Assembly: GCA_035544835.1 (NCBI GenBank)
Contig: DASZZV010000299.1
Coordinates: 1 to 56,435 of the forward strand
Direction: 5' to 3'
DNA: 56,435 nt
Source: Thermoanaerobaculia bacterium
GTDB lineage: Bacteria; Acidobacteriota; Thermoanaerobaculia; Gp7-AA8
Part shown: positions 1 through 6,926 of the stretch, in pieces
How the letters are laid out: each line of letters begins with the position of its first letter
How positions within the stretch are numbered: position 1 is the stretch's first letter
Position numbers and translations under genes: made by a program
The notes under the pieces: generated by a model
Seen by the model: only the letters and a program-made list of their open reading frames with translations
Told to the model about the DNA's origin: nothing
Databases searched by the model: none

Positions 1-103
1 CATCCTTTTTCGGATGTCTGCGAATCGCGATGAAGGCACCGGCGGCGACGATGAGAATGACGATTGGAATGATGATTTTCTTGCGGGACTTCGCTGGTTC
101 CAT
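1..103 (-). CDS. 5' end of a gene that continues past the left edge; basic N-terminus plus one hydrophobic helix (signal-anchor)
   Basis: Not in the ORF track because it is too short inside the window. Minus-strand ATG at 103-101 is preceded by GGGAGTGAG. It translates to MEPAKSRKKIIIPIVILIVAAGAFIAIRRHPKKD and stays open to position 1. Confidence 0.4.
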   Translation of the reverse strand, partial: MEPAKSRKKIIIPIVILIVAAGAFIAIRRHPKKD

Positions 104-159
104 CTCACTCCCTACGACCGAGTCGCATTTTCGTTGAAAGGGGATTTTGTTGTCCGGCA

Positions 160-1371
160 CTACGACAGGTTGTCTTGACCAGGAGCGTCGATTTCATCCG
201 GCGGCGGACCATGGATGACACTCGTGTCTGCCCCGAGCAACTTGCGTGCGAGCGGCCGTATGGCAAACCCCAGCACGCTGCCGGCCGGCTGGCCCTGGTC
301 GATCCGGCGCAGTCTCGATATCTGTTCGGCCAGCAGGGCTCCTGCCACGAGGCCCGACAAGATGCGCCGGAACGTGAATGCTCCCATCGAAATTGAGAAG
401 AACGCCGAAGCCATTCCGGTCACGGCCGCTGCCATCAGCCAGTAGACCGTGGTTCGTCCCCAGGCGATGTAGTCAAACACAAATAGTTCGGCCAGCAGCT
501 TCTGTTCGGGGGGCGACAGGAGTGCCAGGAATGGCTCGCGCGAATGGTAGAGATCGAGCAGTTGTTGCGCAGGAGTGATCGGCAGGGGGCTCGTCGACGT
601 GAGTCGCTGACCCTGGCGTAGTTTGTAGCGGCGGTCGCGAGCGGTCAAAATGTCGAGATCGGCCGCGAGTTGCGGAGAGATTTCACGATTCGGTAGCACA
701 GGGTCTGCAGGCGGCGCTCCCCGCAGGTGGCGGACGCCTCTGACAATCCAGTAAATCGCCACGCCGAAAAGCGATCCAATGGGTTGGCCATCCAGAGAGC
801 GTCTCAACCGCACGACACTTTCGAAGAAAAGAAAAAGGCCGGTGAATACAACCGTGATCGGAAGCGATCCGGAAAGACCTTTAAGACCGGGGATGGGAAT
901 CCGCGCCGCGCAGTAAGCTCCGAACAGGAAAGCGGGGATGGTCGAGATCATGGTCATGCGGACGGCGGGAAGGCCGTACTCCGACTCGATCTCGTTTTGA
1001 GCTGAGGCGGGAAGGTGTCCGTACACGACTCCGAGAAGGCCGATGCTGGTCGCTTTCCTGCTGTTCAGCAAGGTCTTCTGATGCGCGTCGAGTCGTTGTG
1101 CTTCGCTGGCTTCGTCGTAATGCTCGACGACGCGGATGACATTGATGTCCTTCCAGGGCTCGAGGACATAGCGGACACGGCCCGATGGAGTGCTCACCAC
1201 ATCCACGACTTCAAAATGCGCGTCTTCGCTTTGCACTGCGGTACCGGGAAACTCGGCCGACGTACCGCTCTTTGGCTTGCGGGGCAGCCATCCCTTGTCG
1301 TAAGGAGAAACAAGGATGATCTCGCCCGGGCGACGAGTCTGAAGGCGATCGGATCCGTAGGCCTTCATCAC
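160..1371 (-). CDS. hypothetical polytopic membrane protein with a soluble N-terminal domain and an internal duplication
   Basis: 403-aa ORF with several hydrophobic helices. The motif (E..)RLRR...GQP.GS..G.AI occurs twice (ESVVRLRRSLDGQPIGSLFGVAI and EQISRLRRIDQGQPAGSVLGFAI), each time after TM segments. I do not recognise a family. Confidence 0.6.
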   Translation of the reverse strand: MMKAYGSDRLQTRRPGEIILVSPYDKGWLPRKPKSGTSAEFPGTAVQSEDAHFEVVDVVSTPSGRVRYVLEPWKDINVIRVVEHYDEASEAQRLDAHQKTLLNSRKATSIGLLGVVYGHLPASAQNEIESEYGLPAVRMTMISTIPAFLFGAYCAARIPIPGLKGLSGSLPITVVFTGLFLFFESVVRLRRSLDGQPIGSLFGVAIYWIVRGVRHLRGAPPADPVLPNREISPQLAADLDILTARDRRYKLRQGQRLTSTSPLPITPAQQLLDLYHSREPFLALLSPPEQKLLAELFVFDYIAWGRTTVYWLMAAAVTGMASAFFSISMGAFTFRRILSGLVAGALLAEQISRLRRIDQGQPAGSVLGFAIRPLARKLLGADTSVIHGPPPDEIDAPGQDNLS

Positions 1372-1397
1372 CGTGAGCCACCGCCGTCAGAGGGACG

Positions 1398-1634
1398 GAA
1401 TTGAAAATTGAAAATTGAAAATTGAAAAAAGAAACGAAGGTCGTCCCGGAACGTGTTCACCCGGGTGTCATCCCGAGCCGCAGCGAGGGATCTGGGTGGT
1501 GGCCTTTCCATCCTTGTGCTTGCGAACATTGTTGATCTCCGAGGGCGTCAGGCCTCCGCCCAGATCCCTCGCTCGACGCTCGGGATGACACCCAGTCGTG
1601 TGTTCTCGGGTTTTTCAATTTTCAATTTTCAATT
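1398..1634. repeat. long-range inverted repeat whose arms are tandem GAAAATT heptamers (1398..1431 and 1610..1634), bracketing MITE-like copy A1
   Basis: Left arm is gaattgaaaattgaaaattgaaaattgaaaaaag. Right arm is tttttcaattttcaattttcaattc, and its reverse complement matches the left arm in register. The right arm overlaps the stop codon of the 1629..2573 gene. Confidence 0.85.
1465..1593. repeat. MITE/REP-like palindromic element, family A, copy A1
   Basis: Arms are gtgtcatcccgagccgcagcgagggatctgggtgg ... cccagatccctcgctcgacgctcgggatgacaccc around a spacer of about 60 nt. Near-identical arms recur at 14239..14364 and 19840..19977. Confidence 0.85.
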
Positions 1635-2573
1635 CGGTACGCTCGCTCCCGGCGATGGGCCCAAAGCGTTTTCCACCGCCGGTCCGAGCATGTCGACGAA
1701 TCGCTCGGTCTCCTCGACCCGCGTGACGATATTGCCGAGGGACCGGGTGATCTCGCCTGCATCGAGCTGCGGTGTGCTCAGCCGCGCCAGGATCATCTCG
1801 AAGGCGTCGGGAAACGCTTCCAGCTGCGCCGCTGCGCTCAGATCGCGCTTCTCGCATTCGGCCAGCAGTTCTCGCTGTTTCTCCAGAATTCCGATGTGCC
1901 ACTCACGAGCTGAGGCTGTAATCGGCTCTTTCTCGGCGAGTGTCTTGAGCTCCGCGATGTGAACCGAAATTTCCTGGATGCACTCGCCGAATGAAGGGAT
2001 GCGCAGCACGATTGGTGACGGTTTTTTCCCCCGCTGCGGCGGCTGACTTGGCTGTGGGTCGCGCACCCTGCTGTCCCGAAGAAGTCGCAGGTACTGCATC
2101 CGCGCTTTGACGAGTTGTAGATAGCTCGACAGCATGTCGTTGATCTGCTGCAGGATTCCGAGCTCGGTCAGAAACTCGATCTCAGTTCGCTCTCTCGCCA
2201 GCGAGGCCAGCCTGCCCCGAATCTCCACCAGGCGGGGATAGGCTTCCAGCGGGTTGCGGAGCTGACCGGTGGCGATCCAATCGGAAAAGGGGGGCTCACA
2301 GAGCCGGGAATCGATCCTTGAGCGCAACTCTTCGCGATCGTGCTCGGCCTTCTGTTCGAGCGCGGTGCGCTTTTCGTCGAGGACCCGTTGCGAGTACTTT
2401 TTGGACGTCGAGGCCAGCGCGACCCACGTAGCAGAGCCGAGTCCCCAGAGAATCAGCGGAAGGGGATTCCACATCGCCGCGGCCGCGACCAGACCTACCG
2501 CGCCGGTGACGACGTTCGCAGGAGCGGTCGCCGCCATGGCCGCGCTCTTTTTCCATATCTCTTTGGGTGTCAT
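1629..2573 (-). CDS. hypothetical membrane-anchored, largely helical/coiled-coil protein
   Basis: 314-aa ORF. Two N-terminal hydrophobic helices (VVTGAVGLVAAAAMW, LPLILWGLGSATWVALA) are followed by a charged helical region. I do not recognise a family. Confidence 0.6.
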   Translation of the reverse strand: MTPKEIWKKSAAMAATAPANVVTGAVGLVAAAAMWNPLPLILWGLGSATWVALASTSKKYSQRVLDEKRTALEQKAEHDREELRSRIDSRLCEPPFSDWIATGQLRNPLEAYPRLVEIRGRLASLARERTEIEFLTELGILQQINDMLSSYLQLVKARMQYLRLLRDSRVRDPQPSQPPQRGKKPSPIVLRIPSFGECIQEISVHIAELKTLAEKEPITASAREWHIGILEKQRELLAECEKRDLSAAAQLEAFPDAFEMILARLSTPQLDAGEITRSLGNIVTRVEETERFVDMLGPAVENALGPSPGASVPN

Positions 2574-2585
2574 GGTTGGTGGAGG

Positions 2586-2838
2586 CTTCTAGCTATTAGC
2601 TTCTAGCTATTAGCTTCTAGCTTCTAGCTTTTAGCTGTTAGCTTTTAGCTTCCCCCTACATTTTTTCGTTGCTTTGTTCACGAGAGTGACCGGCAACCAT
2701 CAAGATACGCCCATCAACATTGACTTTGCACTCCTACGGCGACCGCAAGATTTGGCGTCGCGTCGCGCTGAGCCATTGGACCTGCAGTGCGACGAGCTAA
2801 AAGCTAGAAGCTAGAGGCTAGAAGCTAGAAGCTAAAAA
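2586..2838. repeat. intergenic palindrome of about 250 bp with arms of tandem TAGCTNN heptamers (2586..2652 and 2794..2838) around a 140-bp unique core
   Basis: Left arm carries 9 units (tagctat tagcttc tagctat tagcttc tagcttc tagcttt tagctgt tagcttt tagcttc). Right arm carries 6 complementary units (gctaaaa gctagaa gctagag gctagaa gctagaa gctaaaa). The arms abut the stop of the ABC ATPase gene and sit 13 nt from the start of the 1629..2573 gene. Confidence 0.85.
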
Positions 2839-2839
2839 C

Positions 2840-3670
2840 CTACAACTCCCGAAATCGATGCCGGATTTCTCCGAGTAATTCGAGGAACTCCGGCCGCGTC
2901 GTGATTCCCTTGTGCCAGGCCAGCCCCCGCTCGATGAGATTGTACGTGGCCTGAATCCGTGCACCGGGAATCACGTTCCCCTTCGCATCGCGATCGCGGC
3001 CGATGAGCCAGATGGTATCGGCGACCTCCAAAGCCGCGGCGATGTCATGCGTGACGATGATAAAGGTGTTCAACTCGTGCGCGCATGCGACCTCGGTGAT
3101 CATTCCCGCCACGCGCTCCACGGCCAGCGGATCGAGACCGGAGAAGGGCTCGTCCATCAGCAGAAAATTTTCGCTGCACATGAACTGCTGCGCGATGGCC
3201 ACCCTCTGCCGCTGCCCGCCCGATAGAACTGCCGGATAGCGATCTCGGTGAGAGTCCAGATCGAAGCGAGCCAGCAATTGATCTGCCTTGGCTCGGGCAG
3301 CACCACGGTCAAGACCGGAGCGTCGTCCTGCGATCTCGAGATTCCCGAGGACCGTTCGATGTGCGAAAAGCGGGTAGTGCTGCGCGACCACGCCGACCAT
3401 TCCCCGCTCGACAGGCCGAGCCTCTTCTCCGATGAGGACCTGGCCGGTAGTCGGGTGTGTGAGGCCGGCCATCACGCGGAAGAGCTGCGTTTTCCCGATC
3501 CCAGATGGACCGAGCAGACCGACCACCTGGCCTGCCGGGCAGTCGGGGCGAACGATGTCGCGGATCTCCAGGTTGACGTCGCGCAGGATGAGGTTCTCGC
3601 CGAGCTTCAGCGATACGTCGCGCACCTTCAGCACCGTCCCGCGTAGCTCGTAAGGGAAAGCGGTGCTCAT
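2840..3670 (-). CDS. ABC transporter ATP-binding protein (NitT/TauT nitrate/sulfonate/taurine-like)
   Basis: Walker A GPSGIGKT, signature LSGGQRQR, Walker B FLLMDEPFSGLD, H-loop VTHD. The track ORF (to 3961) was trimmed to MSTAFPYEL at 3670, which overlaps the permease stop by 4 nt (ATGA). Confidence 0.9.
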   Translation of the reverse strand: MSTAFPYELRGTVLKVRDVSLKLGENLILRDVNLEIRDIVRPDCPAGQVVGLLGPSGIGKTQLFRVMAGLTHPTTGQVLIGEEARPVERGMVGVVAQHYPLFAHRTVLGNLEIAGRRSGLDRGAARAKADQLLARFDLDSHRDRYPAVLSGGQRQRVAIAQQFMCSENFLLMDEPFSGLDPLAVERVAGMITEVACAHELNTFIIVTHDIAAALEVADTIWLIGRDRDAKGNVIPGARIQATYNLIERGLAWHKGITTRPEFLELLGEIRHRFREL

Positions 3671-4464
3671 GCGCGTCGCTCCAGGGTCATCTCCGACCAT
3701 GGGCAGAACGCGCTCTTCAGCGTCCCGATGGCGAAATCCTGGAAGAGGCCCAGGAGGAGAATCATGAACTGGATGGCGAACACCTCGGCCAGATGGAAGT
3801 GCTTGTTCTGGTTGAGCAGCATGGCCCCGATGCCGCCCTCGGAGCGCGAGATTCCCTCGACCATGGTCAGCATCATCCAGCCGATGGCGGCGTTCTGACG
3901 GAAGACCTCGAAAGCCTGATCGGCAGTTCCCAGAATCACAACTTCCCAGACCACCTGCCACTCATTCATTCGAAGTGTCCGGGCGTGGTCGAATTTCTCG
4001 CGAGGGATCTCGGCAACCACTGAGGCCATGGACGTGACGAAGAAAACCGTCATGCCGAAGACCAGCAGAGCGATCTTCAGCGGACGTCCGCCGCCCACCA
4101 TGAGCGTAAAGACGAACGTCAATCCGATCAACCCGAGGAAACGACCCTTGGAGATGGCCGTGGCGATCGGGCGAAACAGCGGGATGACGGTGAGGTAGGC
4201 CAGGCCGAGAGAGATGATGACCGTCAACCCAAGCGCCTCGAGGTTCATGGCGAAACTCGTCCACAACTCGTGGGCTAGGCCCTCGGTCATCCAGAGATTC
4301 TGCAGCGCTGCTGCGACCTCGGCGGGGCGCGGAAGCACCTTGAATGGCGAGAGGATCCAGATGGCGAAGGCAATGGCCACCTGCACGGCGATGATCGTCC
4401 GCATCACCGCCGATGAGATGGTCCGGTTCGGCAGGATTGGATCTGCTGTTGATGACAGATTCAT
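3667..4464 (-). CDS. ABC transporter permease (NitT/TauT-like, binding-protein-dependent inner-membrane component)
   Basis: 265 aa with about 6 hydrophobic helices. It is translationally coupled to the downstream ATPase gene and lies between the binding-protein and ATPase genes. Confidence 0.85.
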   Translation of the reverse strand: MNLSSTADPILPNRTISSAVMRTIIAVQVAIAFAIWILSPFKVLPRPAEVAAALQNLWMTEGLAHELWTSFAMNLEALGLTVIISLGLAYLTVIPLFRPIATAISKGRFLGLIGLTFVFTLMVGGGRPLKIALLVFGMTVFFVTSMASVVAEIPREKFDHARTLRMNEWQVVWEVVILGTADQAFEVFRQNAAIGWMMLTMVEGISRSEGGIGAMLLNQNKHFHLAEVFAIQFMILLLGLFQDFAIGTLKSAFCPWSEMTLERRA

Positions 4465-4491
4465 TGATGTTTCTCCTCCCTGCTATGAAAA

Positions 4492-4610
4492 GGGGGGAGG
4501 CGGCATCCTGCCGCCTCTGCTGCCCGTAAAAACAGAAACGCTTCGCGCTTGCGTAAGTCGAACGCCTCGGTTTCAGGGAACTGAAGAGGCGGCAGGATGC
4601 CGCCTCCCCC
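4492..4610. repeat. hairpin-of-hairpins palindrome, family C
   Basis: Arms ggggggaggcggcatcctgccgcctct (4492..4518) and agaggcggcaggatgccgcctccccc (4585..4610) are perfectly complementary over 26 nt. Each arm is also self-complementary (gaggcggca/tgccgcctc). A degenerate single unit occurs at 50821..50845. Confidence 0.85.
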
Positions 4611-4629
4611 TGAGCCATGCATTTTAGTG

Positions 4630-6435
4630 TTAGCTGTGGGTTGTACCGATTACGATCTCGACGCGCCGATTCTGAGCCCGCCCGTCCGCCGTCGAATTCG
4701 GAGCGATGGGATTTTCCTGGCCATGCGAGAAGACACGGATACGACCCTGAGGGAAGTTGATCGACGACTGCTGCTCGAGCCATTGCTTCACGGCGAAGGC
4801 TCGCTCCTCCGACAGAGACATGTTCGCCTGCACGGTGCCCTGACTGTCGGTGTGTCCGTGGATCTCGACGACGGTGCCGCCGGCCACGAGCAGGTCCTGG
4901 AGCAGCTTATTCAGTTCGGCCTCTGTCCCCGAGGAGAAAGAAGCGCGGCCTGAGTCGAAGTTGATATGCCAGGCCCGGCGACTGACCACGCTCTTGAGCT
5001 GTTCTCCGGCGCTGGCGAAAACAGGCTGTGCCTCTTTCGTCTCCGGCGCGTTCTTCGCGGCGATTGCTTTGATGTAGGAAGTATCCAGCACCTCCTTCAC
5101 CGGCATGTAGCTGGGAACGAGCTCGGGATACTGGTTCACGACGATGTCGCCAAATACCTTGTAGGTGGCGGCAAAGAGATTCGACGATCCCGGGACGAGG
5201 CCGAACAGCAGGAGGTTGTCGGCGAGATTATTCGCCGCAGAGCCACCCAGTTCGACGATCGATCCGGTGCGGTCCTTCTCGGTGGTGCCGTGGTAGTACT
5301 TCTCCCAATAGGCGCCGTCCGACTCGTGATAAACCTTGGCGCTTACCTTCGACGCGAACTCGAGTGCCCGTGCGCTCGACTTCACCTGATCGCCACCCTC
5401 GAGCATCGCCGTGAGCATGCCGGTGACTTCCGGACGATTGGCTTTCATCCACTTGTCGATGCCGATGATGACGTGCGGCATCTGCGACGTGTACTCGCGC
5501 GTCGACACGATGGAGACTAGTCCTCCGCGCTTCTGGGCCACGGTGACGTCGCCCGGCGTCCAGGTAACGACCCCGTTCACGCAGACGTGTTTCGTCTCAC
5601 CGGTCTTCTTACCGTGCGAGACGACCGGTCTTTCTTCACAGTAACCGGCCACATATTTCTCGGCTGCGTCGATGTAGTCGGAGGCAGCCACCCAGTTCAA
5701 GCACTGCGCGTCCCAGGTATGTTCGTCGGGGTTGTTGCAAAGGCTGTTGTCGCCGAGCCATTTCTGGGCGATGTTCCAATCGCCATCACGGAGATAGCCG
5801 GCCACAAGTCCACCGCGTGAGGCGGAGGGATTCTCTTTCCACTGCGCGGGGCCCATGAACTTGTCTTCGCCCCGCGAGTAGCCGAGCGAGCCGACGACCT
5901 TGGCCTGGTACTCAGGACCGAGTCGTTTGAGTGTGTCGTTCAATCCCTTCAGAAAGGTCGCGCTGCCGTCTCCCATGATTCCGACGAAATGAGCGCCCGT
6001 GGTCGGGTTGGGATTGCCCTTGCTGAGATCGGTCGCGAAAGCGACCAGCGCTTCCTGCATCTTCGAGGAGTCATCCTCCCGGACCAGCTTGAGGTTCGCG
6101 CCATTACTGCACATCAGACTTCCCTCGGTCGATTGCGGGCCGCCGTTGGCGAACATCGCTCCCATCTGAGCGTTCCAGGCCCAGACCAGCATCCTGACCT
6201 CGGGCTTATCGCTGCAACCTACGGCCGTGCCGGGAAGGTCGACAGCTTTGGTTGATGACGAGCCGCCTGCCGGCAGGTCGGGAAGATCTGCTCGCAGAGG
6301 GACTCCCGAGGGCTGCACTTTAGCCGAGGGGATCAAGCGATTGAACGTATCGGGCGCGAAGTGCCGGACGCTGAGGAATGCCGCGGCCAGCACGGACGCA
6401 AAAAGGACGAGCTTTGCGAAGGGCGTTAGTTTCAT
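4630..6435 (-). CDS. ABC substrate-binding-like protein fused to a C-terminal OmpA/MotB peptidoglycan-binding domain
   Basis: 601 aa. AGGAGGA lies 7 nt upstream of the ATG, and the N-terminus is a signal/anchor. The C-terminal 120 aa carry OmpA_C motifs (HGHTDSQG...NMSLSEERA..VKQWL...ADGRAQNRRVEI). It is the first gene of the permease/ATPase operon. Confidence 0.8.
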   Translation of the reverse strand: MKLTPFAKLVLFASVLAAAFLSVRHFAPDTFNRLIPSAKVQPSGVPLRADLPDLPAGGSSSTKAVDLPGTAVGCSDKPEVRMLVWAWNAQMGAMFANGGPQSTEGSLMCSNGANLKLVREDDSSKMQEALVAFATDLSKGNPNPTTGAHFVGIMGDGSATFLKGLNDTLKRLGPEYQAKVVGSLGYSRGEDKFMGPAQWKENPSASRGGLVAGYLRDGDWNIAQKWLGDNSLCNNPDEHTWDAQCLNWVAASDYIDAAEKYVAGYCEERPVVSHGKKTGETKHVCVNGVVTWTPGDVTVAQKRGGLVSIVSTREYTSQMPHVIIGIDKWMKANRPEVTGMLTAMLEGGDQVKSSARALEFASKVSAKVYHESDGAYWEKYYHGTTEKDRTGSIVELGGSAANNLADNLLLFGLVPGSSNLFAATYKVFGDIVVNQYPELVPSYMPVKEVLDTSYIKAIAAKNAPETKEAQPVFASAGEQLKSVVSRRAWHINFDSGRASFSSGTEAELNKLLQDLLVAGGTVVEIHGHTDSQGTVQANMSLSEERAFAVKQWLEQQSSINFPQGRIRVFSHGQENPIAPNSTADGRAQNRRVEIVIGTTHS

Positions 6436-6557
6436 CGGTACTTCCTCCTGGACGATTGCGAAAATAATAATCGTGTTTGGCTTGCTGAGCTAGACTTATC
6501 ATCCTGGAAGGAGTCGATGATCGGGCTTTTGAGCGGGTATTGGAGGCTCGACTCCCT

Positions 6558-6787
6558 CAGCGCGCGAAGGCGCGCGGCAGACCTATAGCACCGGGCGTAA
6601 GCCCGGTGTTAGTGAGAGCGCGCTCTCCAATTCTCAGCCCGCGAAGGCGGGCGACAGCGGTGTGTCCGTGATCTGCCGCCCGCCTTCGCGGGCTCGTAGA
6701 ATTGAAAGCAGTTGTGTTGTTCGGTCTTCCGCGTGACACCGGGCTCACGCCCGGTGCTACAGGTCTACCGCGCGCCTTCGCGCGCTG
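6558..6787. repeat. nested hairpin-of-hairpins palindrome, family D
   Basis: Outer arms 6558..6608 and 6737..6787 are complementary with 3 mismatches in 51 nt. Inner arms 6636..6657 and 6673..6694 have 1 mismatch in 22 nt. Each arm is built of short GC stems closed by 4-nt loops, two of them GNRA-like (cgcgcg-aagg-cgcgcg, caccgggc-gtaa-gcccggtg, gcccgc-gaag-gcgggc). Confidence 0.85.
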
Positions 6788-6850
6788 CATTCTGGTGCGA
6801 ATCAAAGAGAAGCCGTCCGCCTCGCGTCCAGAGCCGCTCTCCGTTTCCTC

Positions 6851-6877
6851 GCGACGAAACCCTGTGAGAAATGCGGG
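6851..6877 (+). promoter_or_regulatory. 27-nt conserved motif gcgacgaaaccctgtgagaaatgcggg, upstream of the M20 peptidase gene
   Basis: An identical 27-mer occurs at 16103..16129 and a near-identical inverted copy at 16071..16091. Here it lies 50-76 nt upstream of the ATG at 6927, and a TACAAT hexamer sits at 6899..6904. The function is unknown; it may be only a repeat. Confidence 0.4.
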
Positions 6878-6926
6878 CTAGCGGATCGAACACACCGGTA
6901 CAATGCCTCGCTTGTAAGGAGTGTGC

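Noticed and set aside
1453-1962. ORFs running through the palindromic repeats (1453..1962, 6557..6805, 14203..14523, 14219..14476, 19584..20123, 19654..20106, 19843..20169, 31732..32028), several containing SRAAARDLGGG.
   Set aside because: The open frames are created by the repeat sequence itself and appear on both strands. They overlap real genes or intergenic structure and have no start context.
2586-2652. Possible CRISPR array or other spacer-repeat locus, suggested by the regular tandem repeats (also at 1398.., 8317.., 34264.., 50858..).
   Set aside because: The units are only 7 nt with no unique spacers between them. The arrays occur as inverted pairs, and no cas genes are present.
2840-3961. 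N-terminal extension of the ABC ATPase ORF (373 aa in the track). Comparable extensions occur on ORFs 13011..14366, 14454..16085, 21050..24193, 29787..31016, 32050.., 35718.., 40940.., 46449.. and 48545...
   Set aside because: The extensions overlap upstream genes or repeats and are low complexity. Internal starts with Shine-Dalgarno sequences, signal peptides or stop/start coupling give proteins of normal length.
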